Part shown: piece after piece, positions 42,440 through 52,525 of the stretch
How positions within the stretch are numbered: position 1 is the first letter of the stretch
Layout: every line of letters starts with the position of its first letter
NCBI GenBank assembly: GCA_934177995.1
Contig: CAKPPW010000002.1
Coordinates: forward strand, 16,425 to 80,424
Length of the DNA: 64,000 bases
From: an uncultured Bacilli bacterium
GTDB lineage: Bacteria; Bacillota_I; Bacilli_A; RF39; UBA660
Direction of reading: 5' to 3'
Notes under the pieces: model-generated
Database searches by the model: none
Told to the model about the DNA's origin: nothing
What the model saw: only the letters and a program-made list of their open reading frames with translations
Translations under genes and position numbers: made by a program

Positions 42440-44372
42440 AAGAGTTCATAAAGGTAGTAAATGGGTTATTTTTATTATAGCTTTGATTGCCTCTTATTAT
42501 TCTCTTAGAGTAAGTAGTTTAGCTGAAGTAAACGGAGAATTTAAGTTTGAATATTTAACTGAAGCTTTGGATAAACTTCATATTATTACAACGCCATTAG
42601 TTTTAAATGCTAAAACAATATCAACAGCATTATTTATAGGATTATTTGTTGCAATGATTATATATACTTATTTAATAAATAATAAAAAAAATATTCAAGA
42701 AAATACTCATGGTTCTTCAGAATGGGAAGATCCTAAGAATACTTTAGAATATCGTGATAAAGAATATACTAACAATCAAATATTTACATCTACTGAAATG
42801 TTTTCAAAAAATATGAAAATATCAAAGAGAAATAGAAATGTAATTTTACTGGGAAGACCTGGGACTGGTAAAAGTCGGTATTATTTTAAGCCTAACCTTT
42901 TAAATGCAGATGGAGAAACAATTATAGTTACAGATCCAAAAGGAGAACTTCTTCGTGATGCAGGGATGTCTTTAATTAATAAAGGTTATGATATACGAGT
43001 GTTAAATTTAGTAGAAAAGTGGAAATCTGATCATTTTAATCCTTTACTTTATATTAAAAAAATAAATAAATATGTTGATGAAGACTCTGAGGGTGAAGAG
43101 TGGATAGCAGAAGATGATGTCATGACTTTAATAAATACTTTAATGTTGAATACAAAATCTGAAACCATAGAAAGTAATACGGGAGATCCATTTTGGGAAA
43201 GATGTGAATCAATGTTTCTTCAAGCAATTATTTATTATGTTATATTTAATTATGATTTGAAAGATAGAAACTTTAAAACCGTTCTTGAATTAATAAGACT
43301 TGCAGAACCAGATAAAGAAGGTAATTCTACTTTAGGAAATATGTTTAAAGTTTGGGAAACTAAAGATCCCGATAATATAGGTATTAAGCAGTGGAAACAT
43401 TTTAAAGTTTCTGCTTCTTCTACAAAAATGATGAGTACAATTATTATTACAGCATCTGCAAGACTTTCACCATTTAATATTGCTGAACTAGAAGCAATTA
43501 CAGTTAATGATACTATGGAATTAAATCGTATTGGTGGTAAGGGTGATGAAGGTAAAATTGCTTACTTTATTATCAATAGTCCGAATGATTCTACATTTAA
43601 TTTCATTGCAAGTATTATGTATACTCAAATATTTTCCATTATAGATTATAATGCTAGTCATAATAATGGTTCTTTAGCTTCTCCATGTCAGATATACTGT
43701 GATGAGTGGAGTCAGCTGGGAGTAATACCACGCTACTTAGAAAATTTGGCTTATGTTCGAGGACTTAATTGTGGTATAACTACATGTTTGCAAAGTTTAA
43801 GCCAACTTAAAAAAGTTTATAAAGATAATTGGGAAACAGCTCTTGATTGTTGCGATTATATTCTTTTTATGGGATCTCGAAGTAAAGAAACATTAGATTA
43901 TATGTCTTCTATGCTGGGCAAAAAAACATGGTATAAAAGGTCATCTGGTAGAACTTATTCTAAACAAGGTTCTTCTTCGACTAACTGGGATATTGTTGGT
44001 AGAGAACTTGCATTTATAGATGAAATTGCTAGGATGGAAAAAGGTTATTGTATTTTATTAGTTTCTGGACTACGACCTTTTTACTCTAAGATGTATGATT
44101 TATCAAAACATCCTAGGTACTCAGAATTGTTTGAGGCGTGGAATGAAAGTTCTACGATTCAAAATAGATATGATCATGAAGTAGAAAGGAGGAAGACAAG
44201 GGAAATAAGAAGGAAACAACAGTTATTTAAAGATTTAGGTTTGGGATTCGTGAAAATAAATTCTGAATTTAAAGCTAGAAAAATGACTTTGGAAGAAGAA
44301 AAACAGTTTGATAAAAGTGAAGTATTGTTATCTAATAAATCACTTACTGATGAACTATTAGATGCTATTTAA
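42429..44372 (+). CDS. Type IV secretion coupling protein (VirD4/TraG family)
   Basis: TTG start after GAAGAGGAG; two N-terminal TMs; Walker A LLGRPGTGKS; Walker B-like IYCDEW. Confidence 0.85.
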   Translation: MLVKRVHKGSKWVIFIIALIASYYSLRVSSLAEVNGEFKFEYLTEALDKLHIITTPLVLNAKTISTALFIGLFVAMIIYTYLINNKKNIQENTHGSSEWEDPKNTLEYRDKEYTNNQIFTSTEMFSKNMKISKRNRNVILLGRPGTGKSRYYFKPNLLNADGETIIVTDPKGELLRDAGMSLINKGYDIRVLNLVEKWKSDHFNPLLYIKKINKYVDEDSEGEEWIAEDDVMTLINTLMLNTKSETIESNTGDPFWERCESMFLQAIIYYVIFNYDLKDRNFKTVLELIRLAEPDKEGNSTLGNMFKVWETKDPDNIGIKQWKHFKVSASSTKMMSTIIITASARLSPFNIAELEAITVNDTMELNRIGGKGDEGKIAYFIINSPNDSTFNFIASIMYTQIFSIIDYNASHNNGSLASPCQIYCDEWSQLGVIPRYLENLAYVRGLNCGITTCLQSLSQLKKVYKDNWETALDCCDYILFMGSRSKETLDYMSSMLGKKTWYKRSSGRTYSKQGSSSTNWDIVGRELAFIDEIARMEKGYCILLVSGLRPFYSKMYDLSKHPRYSELFEAWNESSTIQNRYDHEVERRKTREIRRKQQLFKDLGLGFVKINSEFKARKMTLEEEKQFDKSEVLLSNKSLTDELLDAI

Positions 44373-44398
44373 ATGTAGTTTATTTTTTTTGATGTAGT

Positions 44399-44416
44399 AG
44401 TTTACTATCGTGAACT
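44399..44416 (+). promoter_or_regulatory. 18-nt operator copy 3 at the head of the T4SS channel operon
   Basis: AGTTTACTATCGTGAACT; preceded by TAGTTTATTTTTTTTGATGTAGT, which is nearly the same as the context of copy 4. Confidence 0.6.
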
Positions 44417-44439
44417 ATTTTAAAGGAAAAGGAGAAAAT

Positions 44440-44766
44440 ATGAAAAAAAATAACTTATTAGCAAAAGCTAAAAATTCATTTAGAAAAATAATTAGTAGTT
44501 TAAACATTGTATTATGTAGTTTGATTTTAAGTACAACAAGTGTACATGCAGCTGGAAGTAACACTGGTAGTATTGATGGATTTATTACCTTTGTATGTGA
44601 TTGGCTGTTAAAAATTGGTGGAGTAGTTGCTTTAATTGGAGCTGTTATGTTTGCTCTAGGTTGGCAAAGAGATGATGCTGAAGGCAAATCAAGGGGGCTT
44701 ATGACTATGATGGCTGGGTTCATGGTAATTGCAATAAGTCAATCAAAAGGATTATTTGGTTTATAA
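44440..44766 (+). CDS. Maff2-family / VirB2-like small T4SS membrane protein
   Basis: ORF track 44410..; ATG 44440 after AAAAGGAGAAAA; signal peptide ...SVHA|AG; GGVVALIGAVMFALGWQRDDAEGKSRGLMTMMAGFMVIAI fits the Maff2 pattern. Confidence 0.6.
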   Translation: MKKNNLLAKAKNSFRKIISSLNIVLCSLILSTTSVHAAGSNTGSIDGFITFVCDWLLKIGGVVALIGAVMFALGWQRDDAEGKSRGLMTMMAGFMVIAISQSKGLFGL

Positions 44767-44791
44767 GATGTAATTTATAAGGAGGGTACGA

Positions 44792-45610
44792 ATGGCTAAA
44801 TTGATTGAAAATCTATTTAAAATATCCTTCAAAGTATTAGGATTTAAAATAGATATTAGTGATTTTGTTGGAACTATTCGTAGCTTATGTAATTGGAATA
44901 CTATTACGAACACAACAGTATGGAGTCTTGCAACAAAGATTCACTCAATTATTGTTCCTATTGGACTCAGTTTATTAACTCTGTTTTTCTTGATAGATAT
45001 AACAAAAAAAGTAATGGATTATGAGCGTATGAGTTGGGAGCGAATTGTATTTACTTGTATTCGCTTTTTAATTTTTAAAATGCTTATAGAAAATTCTTTT
45101 GAATTGTTATCATCTATCATGACAATTACTAATGATATTTTATCGAAGGTAACAGCAACGATTTCCTCTTCGGCATCAGTTCCAAATCTTGCAACACAAA
45201 TGGGAGATTTAGTAAGGAATGCAGGAGGTCTAATTGATCGAGGATTTATGGGCGTAATAATTCTAATTTTATATATTCCTTTTATGGGAACTATGATTGG
45301 GGTACTTGTTCAAGTATTCTTACGAATAGGAAAATTAATATTAAGTTTTGCATTTTCTCCAATACCAATTTCAATCGGTACTTGGGAAGATGGTCAAAAT
45401 GTATGTAAAAGATTTATAATGTCAACTATTGCTCTTGGAATAGAATCATCTATGATAGTTGTGGCAACAGCAATTTATTCACTATCATTATCAACATTAT
45501 CTGATGCAAGTAGTATTAGTTCTATGATTGCTATTATGTTCCTAAATGGATTCTTGATGGCTATGATTTCAATGACAAGCAATATGGCAGAGAAATGGAC
45601 AGGAGGATAA
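44792..45610 (+). CDS. VirB6-like polytopic T4SS membrane protein
   Basis: SD TAAGGAGGGT; about 6 TMs; position between the pilin-like and PrgI-like genes. Confidence 0.6.
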   Translation: MAKLIENLFKISFKVLGFKIDISDFVGTIRSLCNWNTITNTTVWSLATKIHSIIVPIGLSLLTLFFLIDITKKVMDYERMSWERIVFTCIRFLIFKMLIENSFELLSSIMTITNDILSKVTATISSSASVPNLATQMGDLVRNAGGLIDRGFMGVIILILYIPFMGTMIGVLVQVFLRIGKLILSFAFSPIPISIGTWEDGQNVCKRFIMSTIALGIESSMIVVATAIYSLSLSTLSDASSISSMIAIMFLNGFLMAMISMTSNMAEKWTGG

Positions 45611-45611
45611 G

Positions 45612-46238
45612 ATGGATAGAATAGAACCTAGAATTCATGATGAAATTAAAGATTATAAAGAGAAGTTTTATAATTTTACTTTAAGACAGTGGATATTTGG
45701 TATTCTGATACTTATAACTACTGTTCCTTTATATTTAGTATTATCTCCAAAGATAGGAAGCAATATAACTGGATGGTTAGTAATTATTATAGCAGTTCCT
45801 ATCGGTTTTTTTGGATTTATTCCAATACAAGGACTTAATGCTGAAAGAATAATATTTTTTTGGAAAAGAAATTATATTAATTTTGCTAAACCAATTCTTT
45901 ATAAGACTGAAGAAGAATTAATTCAGGAAAAAAGTGGAAAAAAAAATAAGCCTATTACTGTAAATAGGAAAGAGCAAAAAAATCTTCAGAAGATGGAAAA
46001 ACAAAAACAGAGAGATCTTCAAAAAGAAAGAAAAAAGCAAAGAGAAATTGCTAGGGCTAAGAAGAAATTTGGAATTAATAATTTAGAAAACTCATCAAGT
46101 AATTTCTCATTAAGCCAAGAAGAAGCACAGGTATTATTAAAACTAGCAAAGCAAGTAGTGGGGAAGGAGGATACAAATATAAATGGCAAAGAAATTCAAG
46201 AAGAGCCAAAAGTTGAAGAACCACAAGATGCTTCCTAA
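45612..46238 (+). CDS. PrgI-family (VirB3/TcpE-like) T4SS membrane protein with basic/charged tail
   Basis: SD ACAGGAGGAT; IKDYKEKFYNFTLRQWIFGILILITTVPLYLVL is the PrgI-family N-terminal signature. Confidence 0.7.
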   Translation: MDRIEPRIHDEIKDYKEKFYNFTLRQWIFGILILITTVPLYLVLSPKIGSNITGWLVIIIAVPIGFFGFIPIQGLNAERIIFFWKRNYINFAKPILYKTEEELIQEKSGKKNKPITVNRKEQKNLQKMEKQKQRDLQKERKKQREIARAKKKFGINNLENSSSNFSLSQEEAQVLLKLAKQVVGKEDTNINGKEIQEEPKVEEPQDAS

Positions 46239-48594
46239 AGTTTTTACTCCTAAAACAAGTCAAGAAGTAATATCTTATATGTTTAAAGAGTTTGATGAAA
46301 AAACTAATATCTTTAAAATAAATGAAGAAGAATACTCAATTTGTATTGAATATTCTGATGTATCTTTTGCAAAAGCTAATGATGAAGAGGCAGAGAATAT
46401 CTTTTTTAAATGGTTAGAGTATTTACATTCATTTAGAGAAGATACACACATTGAGGTAATAAATGCTGGAACTCCTATTAAAACTGAAAAATATAAAGAA
46501 AAGTTTATATTTGATACAGATAATATAGAAGATAGTAATCAAAAACAAATTGCAGATGAATTAAATACTATTATAACTAATTCACTTGGCTCAAAAGAAG
46601 AAACACTACAAACTAAAAGATATATTGTACTTTCATTAAAAGCTAAAAGCTTTTTAGAAGCTAATGCTTTATTTTTAAACATGTTTATAAAAACAGAGCA
46701 AAAGTTTAAAGAATTAAAATCAAAAGTATCTATGGTTAGTATTAAAGAAAGATTAAAATTTTTATATAATTTCTTTAATGTAGAATCTTTAGAAACAAGA
46801 GGAATTGATAATATTGTTACTTATGCAAAAGATAATAACTTATCTATTTTTGATGTTATTGCCCCTAAAAAGATTTCTATGAGAGAATCAGATTTTATAG
46901 AAATAGATGATAAGAAGTTTTTAAGAGTATTATATGTATCTAAACTTCCTAAAAGTTTAACTCCTCGTTTCTATAATCGCTTAACTACCTTAGAGGAAAT
47001 TAACTTAATAACTACTCTAAATATTAATCCTACTAATTCTGCTAAAATGATAAAACAAGTTGATAAAAGTTTATCAGCTATGGAAACAGAAAGACTAGAA
47101 AAAATTAAAAGAGCTGGTAAAAGTAATTTGGACTATGAATGGGTTAAGGATAAGAAGTTAGAAACAAAGATTTCAAATGCTGAACAACTTCAATACGATC
47201 TTCAAAAAAATAATCAAAAGATATTTCAAAATAATTTTTTAGTTTGTATATCAGCAAACTCATTTGAAGAGTTGGAAGATCAGACTGTAAAAGTACAAGA
47301 AGCAGCTGCTGAAATGTTGGTTGAAATAAAACCATTATTATGGCAACAATTAGAAGGATTACAAAATATTCTTCCATTAGGTCATAATTCATTACAGTTT
47401 CAAAGAACTTTAACAAGTGAAGCAACTGCTGTAAATGTTCCATTTAATAGTAAAGACTTTAATCATGAAAAGTCTTTATTTTATGGTGTCAATTTGGTAA
47501 GTAAAAATGCTATATTCTGTGATAGAAAGCAACTTATTAATGGTAATGGGTGTGTATTGGCAACATCTGGTGCTGGTAAATCATTTAATGTGAAAACACT
47601 AATTGAGCAAATTCTGATTCGTTATCCTTTGGATGAAATCTGTATAATAGAACCTCAGGACGAATATTCTAGCTTATTAGAAGTATTTGGTGGTCAGAAG
47701 ATTTTTATATCAACAACATCAGATACTCACATTAATCCTTTTGATTTATCTTTAAATTATGGATGCTCAGACACTGGAAAAAGTGAGCCAGTTAAAAGTA
47801 AAGTTGAATATATAATTGCTTTTCTTGAAAGTATTGTAGGAGCAAATGCCTTAACTGGTGGTCAGAAAACTATCATAGATCGTTGTACTAAAATTATTTT
47901 TGAAGATTATGAAAAAAGTAATTTTTCTGATGAAAGTTTACTTCCAACATTACCTGACTTTTATAATATGCTTTTGAGGCAACCTGAAGAAGAGGCAAAA
48001 GATTTAGCACTCATTCTTGAGAGATATGTTAAAGGCTCTATGGATTTATTTTCAAAGAAGACAAATATTGATATTCAAAATAGGCTTGTATCTTTTGATA
48101 TTAGTAAACTATCTGCTTCTTTACAAACTACTGGATATTTAGTAGTTCTTGATCATATTCAAAATAGACTTTCTAAAAATAAAGAACTTGGTAAATATAC
48201 TTGGATATTTATTGATGAATTTCATATATTACTTGCTAATCCATACTCAGCCCAATATGTAGCGAACTTTTATAAGACTGGTAGAAAACTAAATGCTTTA
48301 AATACAGTTATTTCACAACAAATCTCCCATTTGTTAAGGTCTGAGTCTGGTAAAGATATATTATCTAATTCAGAGTTTGCGTTGATATTGAAACAAAAGC
48401 CACTAGATTTACCATCTATTTGTAATATTTTTAATATTAGTGAAGAAGAAGCTATGTATGTACAAGGTGATGCTCCTACTGGTCAAGGATTGGTAGTTTT
48501 TGGATCTGATGTAATACCATTTACCAATAAAGTACCAAAAGATTATTTAATATATAAAGTAAATAATACGGATAGTATGGTACAGGCAAGATAA
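46228..48594 (+). CDS. VirB4-like conjugal transfer ATPase
   Basis: ORF track 46183..; ATG 46228 overlaps the upstream stop; Walker A ATSGAGKSFNVK; Walker B WIFIDEFH. Confidence 0.9.
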   Translation: MLPKVFTPKTSQEVISYMFKEFDEKTNIFKINEEEYSICIEYSDVSFAKANDEEAENIFFKWLEYLHSFREDTHIEVINAGTPIKTEKYKEKFIFDTDNIEDSNQKQIADELNTIITNSLGSKEETLQTKRYIVLSLKAKSFLEANALFLNMFIKTEQKFKELKSKVSMVSIKERLKFLYNFFNVESLETRGIDNIVTYAKDNNLSIFDVIAPKKISMRESDFIEIDDKKFLRVLYVSKLPKSLTPRFYNRLTTLEEINLITTLNINPTNSAKMIKQVDKSLSAMETERLEKIKRAGKSNLDYEWVKDKKLETKISNAEQLQYDLQKNNQKIFQNNFLVCISANSFEELEDQTVKVQEAAAEMLVEIKPLLWQQLEGLQNILPLGHNSLQFQRTLTSEATAVNVPFNSKDFNHEKSLFYGVNLVSKNAIFCDRKQLINGNGCVLATSGAGKSFNVKTLIEQILIRYPLDEICIIEPQDEYSSLLEVFGGQKIFISTTSDTHINPFDLSLNYGCSDTGKSEPVKSKVEYIIAFLESIVGANALTGGQKTIIDRCTKIIFEDYEKSNFSDESLLPTLPDFYNMLLRQPEEEAKDLALILERYVKGSMDLFSKKTNIDIQNRLVSFDISKLSASLQTTGYLVVLDHIQNRLSKNKELGKYTWIFIDEFHILLANPYSAQYVANFYKTGRKLNALNTVISQQISHLLRSESGKDILSNSEFALILKQKPLDLPSICNIFNISEEEAMYVQGDAPTGQGLVVFGSDVIPFTNKVPKDYLIYKVNNTDSMVQAR

Positions 48595-48595
48595 T

Positions 48596-50404
48596 ATGAA
48601 CAACAATGCTGAAAGGGATACTAAGAAGACAGTTGATAGATTATCAATTGCTACTTCTTCAGTATCATCTAAAACTTTTGATTTAGTTGATCAAGGAGCA
48701 AAAAAACTATCTGATATTAAAGAAGAAAGAGATTTAAAGACTTCTGAAAATGAAACTAATCAACAACAAGAAGCAAATAATAAAGAAGTAAATTCCAGAT
48801 TAAAAACTTCGGAAAACACTCAAGAAAAAGAAAATATTCAAGAAGAAAACAAAACTGAAGAATTTACCAGTAGAATAAAAACTAATGTTAATAATTCAAA
48901 TGATAATAAATCATCTGAAGGAACACAAAAAAATGAAGCAATAGGGAATGATGAAGAGAAAACTAAAGTAAGTAAGTTAAAAACATCTGCTTCTAAAGTT
49001 TTACAAAAGACATTTAAATTTAATAATAATCAAGGTAAGGTTTCAAAGACCATAACAGTAATGAGTAAGACTGGTAGCAAACTATCAAAAACAGGAAGAA
49101 CAATTACAAGAACCTCCAGAGAATTAAATAAAGCTATTTCTAATGATGGAACTGGTACTGAATATATAAATGATAAAATAGGTCGTAAAGTCAAAACTAA
49201 GGCTTATAAAATAACTAAAAAAGGTGCTAATAAAATAAAAAAGAAATTTAATCAAACAATCGGTAAAAAATTAGTGCAGGTTGCAAAGACAGTGATAGTT
49301 AAATTATTAAAAATGTTAATATCTTTATTTGCAGCATTAGCAGAATTTATAATTCCAGTTGCACTTGTTATTTTAATTATAGTTGCTATTGGCTCTATTT
49401 TTGGTAGTGGTTCATCTAATGATAAATCTATTTCAGATTATTCATCATATATGACATCAGTTCAATCAGAATATAATAGGCAGGTTGATGATTGGAAAAG
49501 ACAGAATCCTAATGGTATTGTAGTTGGAGTAAAAGGAGATTATGGTCAAATAGATTGGAGAATACCACTAGCAATAATTCAATCTACTGGTGCTGAAATA
49601 AACTTTGATAATAATGAAAAAAATTTATTAAATACTTTTAAACAGGCTGGTCTATTTGAAAAACATGAAGTAGTATATCAAGAAGTAGATTCGGATGATT
49701 CAACAACAAACACTATTCCTGTTCTTGTTATTACCAATGGGGTATATGAAGATTATTTAGAATGGCTTAATAATAATTATTCTAAAATAGCAGATTTTAA
49801 TAAGAAAAAGAAAATTACAGATGGTACTGATACCTCATTTTCAAATGATCAAAAAGAAATGTTGGAACTTTTATATCAATCTGATGATTTTGCAGAACTA
49901 CTTGGTAATGATTTTGTTACTCATATATCTATATATGGTAAAAATGAAACAAAAGCCAATTTAAAAAGTGATAATTATAATTCTAAAAACACCTTAGCAA
50001 CATCTGGATTTAAAGGGCAATGCACTTGGTATTCATTTGGAAGAGCATTAGAGGTTTCAGGTAAGAAGATGCCAACAGGAAATGCACAAACATGGTTAAC
50101 ATCTGCAATAAGTATGGGATATAAAACTGGTACACAGCCATCAACTAATTCTGTTGCTGTTCTTATGGGGCACAAATTTGGTCATGTTGCTTATGTGGAG
50201 GCTTATGATGGTAAAAGTATAACCATAAGTGAAGGCAATGTGGGCAATGCTTGTAGTAACGATGATTCATGTAGTCAAGTTGAATATGCTAATGAACATG
50301 CAGAGGAATTAGTAAGAGCAAAAACTTATAACTCATTTGATGCTTATAGAAAATCAAGTAAGAATAGTGGCTTAACAGTAGTAGGATTTATATATTTAGA
50401 TTAG
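48596..50404 (+). CDS. Membrane-anchored T4SS peptidoglycan hydrolase with C-terminal CHAP domain
   Basis: Central TM LISLFAALAEFIIPVALVILIIVAIGSIF; CHAP Cys motif FKGQCTWYSFGR and His motif GHVAYVEAYDG. Confidence 0.8.
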   Translation: MNNNAERDTKKTVDRLSIATSSVSSKTFDLVDQGAKKLSDIKEERDLKTSENETNQQQEANNKEVNSRLKTSENTQEKENIQEENKTEEFTSRIKTNVNNSNDNKSSEGTQKNEAIGNDEEKTKVSKLKTSASKVLQKTFKFNNNQGKVSKTITVMSKTGSKLSKTGRTITRTSRELNKAISNDGTGTEYINDKIGRKVKTKAYKITKKGANKIKKKFNQTIGKKLVQVAKTVIVKLLKMLISLFAALAEFIIPVALVILIIVAIGSIFGSGSSNDKSISDYSSYMTSVQSEYNRQVDDWKRQNPNGIVVGVKGDYGQIDWRIPLAIIQSTGAEINFDNNEKNLLNTFKQAGLFEKHEVVYQEVDSDDSTTNTIPVLVITNGVYEDYLEWLNNNYSKIADFNKKKKITDGTDTSFSNDQKEMLELLYQSDDFAELLGNDFVTHISIYGKNETKANLKSDNYNSKNTLATSGFKGQCTWYSFGRALEVSGKKMPTGNAQTWLTSAISMGYKTGTQPSTNSVAVLMGHKFGHVAYVEAYDGKSITISEGNVGNACSNDDSCSQVEYANEHAEELVRAKTYNSFDAYRKSSKNSGLTVVGFIYLD

Positions 50405-50417
50405 AAAAGGAGAAAAT

Positions 50418-50840
50418 ATGAAAAAGGGTAAGATAATTTTTATTTTCATAGTTGTAATTTTAGTATGTATTGTAGTTCCATTGTTATTAAATAAAGGAAC
50501 TATCCAGAGAAAATTAAAAGCACATGAGCAAGAACAAGCTCAAAAAGAGGCATACGAAGCAACATTGAAGGCAGATGAAGTTGCTCCAATATTAATTCTC
50601 ACACAAGATAAAGTAATAATGTATCAAGGAGATGAACTAAATTATAAAGCTTTTATTAAAGAAGCATCTGACAATTTAGAAGGGAATCTAACTGATAAGG
50701 TTATTTATAATGAATTAGATATTAATAAATCAGGAGAGTATGTAGTCGAGTATGAAATTAGTGATACTGCACTAAATACTACTAAAGCTGAACTTCAAGT
50801 AATTATTAAAGAAAAACCAAATTTTAAATATGTAAATTAG
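50418..50840 (+). CDS. Membrane-anchored Ig-like (DUF5011-type) protein
   Basis: SD AAAGGAGAAAA; TM; DEVAPILILTQDKVIMYQGDELNY...GEYVVEYEISDTALNTTKAELQVIIKE. Confidence 0.6.
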   Translation: MKKGKIIFIFIVVILVCIVVPLLLNKGTIQRKLKAHEQEQAQKEAYEATLKADEVAPILILTQDKVIMYQGDELNYKAFIKEASDNLEGNLTDKVIYNELDINKSGEYVVEYEISDTALNTTKAELQVIIKEKPNFKYVN

Positions 50841-50862
50841 TTATAGGAAGGGAGAACTATTT

Positions 50863-51597
50863 ATGAGTGATGAAGAATTATTGATTATGTATCAAAAATA
50901 TAAGAGAAAAAGAATGATTATTATTGCTGTCATTCTTCTTTTCATCTTATTAATAAGTTTGTATTTATACTTTCACTTTAATAATACTTCATCTCCAGAA
51001 GTCGAAAAAATAAAAGAAGAAGTAATTGTAAAAGATGAAGTTGCTCCAATCATTAAATTAAAAGTTAATAATATAGAAATCACGAAAGGGGATGATATAA
51101 GTTATTTGGATTATATAGAGAGTGTAATTGATGACAAAGATGGAGATTTATTAGATAAAGTTAAATATCAAGAAATTGATACTTCTATTATTGGTGAACA
51201 ATCAATTATATATAGTGCTTCTGATAATTCTGGTAATAGTAGTCAAGAAATTCTTTCTGTTTTAATAAAAGAAAAAATATTAGAAAATAACAATGGTTCA
51301 TCTTCTAATAATAGTCCGATGCCAGATAAAGAAAAGCCATCAATACCAAGTAATAATAATTCAAGTAATAAAGAAACAAATAAGCCAAAAGATCCAGTTC
51401 AAAATGAAAAACCAATTATTGAAAATAAACCTTCAACTAAAATAGTAAAATATTTTCTTTTCTCTGATGGATATACCATGGTGAATGTTGCTGAAGCTTG
51501 TGCTAATGAATTAAAAAAGACAAATCAAACAGGAATGTGTAGTCCGATTCAAGATGAAAATGGAATTTATTTAGGTATGAAGTTAGAAACAGAATGA
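50863..51597 (+). CDS. Membrane-anchored Ig-like (DUF5011-type) protein, paralog-like of 50418
   Basis: SD AAGGGAGAAC; TM; DEVAPIIKLKVNNIEITKGDDISY...GEQSIIYSASDNSGNSSQEILSVLIKE; low-complexity S/N/P linker. Confidence 0.6.
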   Translation: MSDEELLIMYQKYKRKRMIIIAVILLFILLISLYLYFHFNNTSSPEVEKIKEEVIVKDEVAPIIKLKVNNIEITKGDDISYLDYIESVIDDKDGDLLDKVKYQEIDTSIIGEQSIIYSASDNSGNSSQEILSVLIKEKILENNNGSSSNNSPMPDKEKPSIPSNNNSSNKETNKPKDPVQNEKPIIENKPSTKIVKYFLFSDGYTMVNVAEACANELKKTNQTGMCSPIQDENGIYLGMKLETE

Positions 51598-51635
51598 TTA
51601 TAAAATATTATGTAAAAAATAGAAAAGGAGAAAAT

Positions 51636-51914
51636 ATGAAAGAGATTTTTACAGAAGAAGAATATCAAGAAGCCGTAAAATTATATAATGAACAAGTTAG
51701 AAATGACTTTTATAGTAATAAAGAATATTATTCAAATTACGAAGGATATGCTGATTTAAGAGATTTTGATATGTCTGAAGATGACTTTAAAATGTTATGG
51801 AGATGTCAAGATTTACTCTATAATTATGAACATTCCAATAATGGTTCACTAATAACACAAAAGGCTTACAATGAAATTAAATCAATATATTTAAATTGTT
51901 TTAATGGAGCTTAA
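51636..51914 (+). CDS. Hypothetical small protein
   Basis: ORF track 51594..; ATG 51636 after AAAAGGAGAAAA. Confidence 0.55.
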   Translation: MKEIFTEEEYQEAVKLYNEQVRNDFYSNKEYYSNYEGYADLRDFDMSEDDFKMLWRCQDLLYNYEHSNNGSLITQKAYNEIKSIYLNCFNGA

Positions 51915-51916
51915 TA

Positions 51917-52132
51917 ATGAATAAAGAATATATTAAAGAGATATTTGAAAAAAATAAAAAAATTTTTAAAAATAGTGAAATCGAAATAAATTCAGTCGAA
52001 GATTTAGAAAGTCAAATAATGTCTTATGTAATTTCAAATTTACAATATGATTTTAATATAGATATTGATCAGGATAAATTATTTAATAATGATTATGAAA
52101 TAGAATTAGATGACAACGATTTAGAAAAGTAG
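51917..52132 (+). CDS. Hypothetical 71-aa strongly acidic protein
   Basis: Abuts the upstream stop; C-terminal half DIDQDKLFNNDYEIELDDNDLEK. Confidence 0.5.
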   Translation: MNKEYIKEIFEKNKKIFKNSEIEINSVEDLESQIMSYVISNLQYDFNIDIDQDKLFNNDYEIELDDNDLEK

Positions 52133-52151
52133 TTATTTTTTTTGATACAAT

Positions 52152-52169
52152 AGTTTACTATCGTGAACT
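52152..52169 (+). promoter_or_regulatory. 18-nt operator copy 4 at the head of the XRE / leading-region operon
   Basis: AGTTTACTATCGTGAACT preceded by TAGTTATTTTTTTTGATACAAT; 17 nt upstream of ATG 52187. Confidence 0.6.
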
Positions 52170-52186
52170 TAAAGAAAGGATAAGAT

Positions 52187-52525
52187 ATGAAAAATAATTA
52201 TGTATTTATAGCTGAAGTATTTAGAAATAGAAGAATTAAATTAGGATATAGTAAAAGAAAACTAGCATCATTAGTAGGTATTAGTGATACAGAATTATCA
52301 AGAATAGAACATGGTGAAAGAGAAAATTATAATCTTATAACATTAATTAATATGTGTAGAGTATTAAAAATAGATTTTATAAGTTTATTAGAAAGTGCTG
52401 GATATTTATCAACTGAATACCAAGAGCCTTCTAATGAAGTAGATGATATTAATGATGAAGAAGAAGTAGAAGAAGAATTTATAATACCCGAAATTATAAT
52501 AGTCTTGGAGTTATGCGATGAATGA
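52187..52525 (+). CDS. XRE-family HTH regulator with acidic tail
   Basis: LGYSKRKLASLVGISDTELSRIEHGERENYNLITLINMCRVL (HTH_3 type). Confidence 0.8.
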   Translation: MKNNYVFIAEVFRNRRIKLGYSKRKLASLVGISDTELSRIEHGERENYNLITLINMCRVLKIDFISLLESAGYLSTEYQEPSNEVDDINDEEEVEEEFIIPEIIIVLELCDE

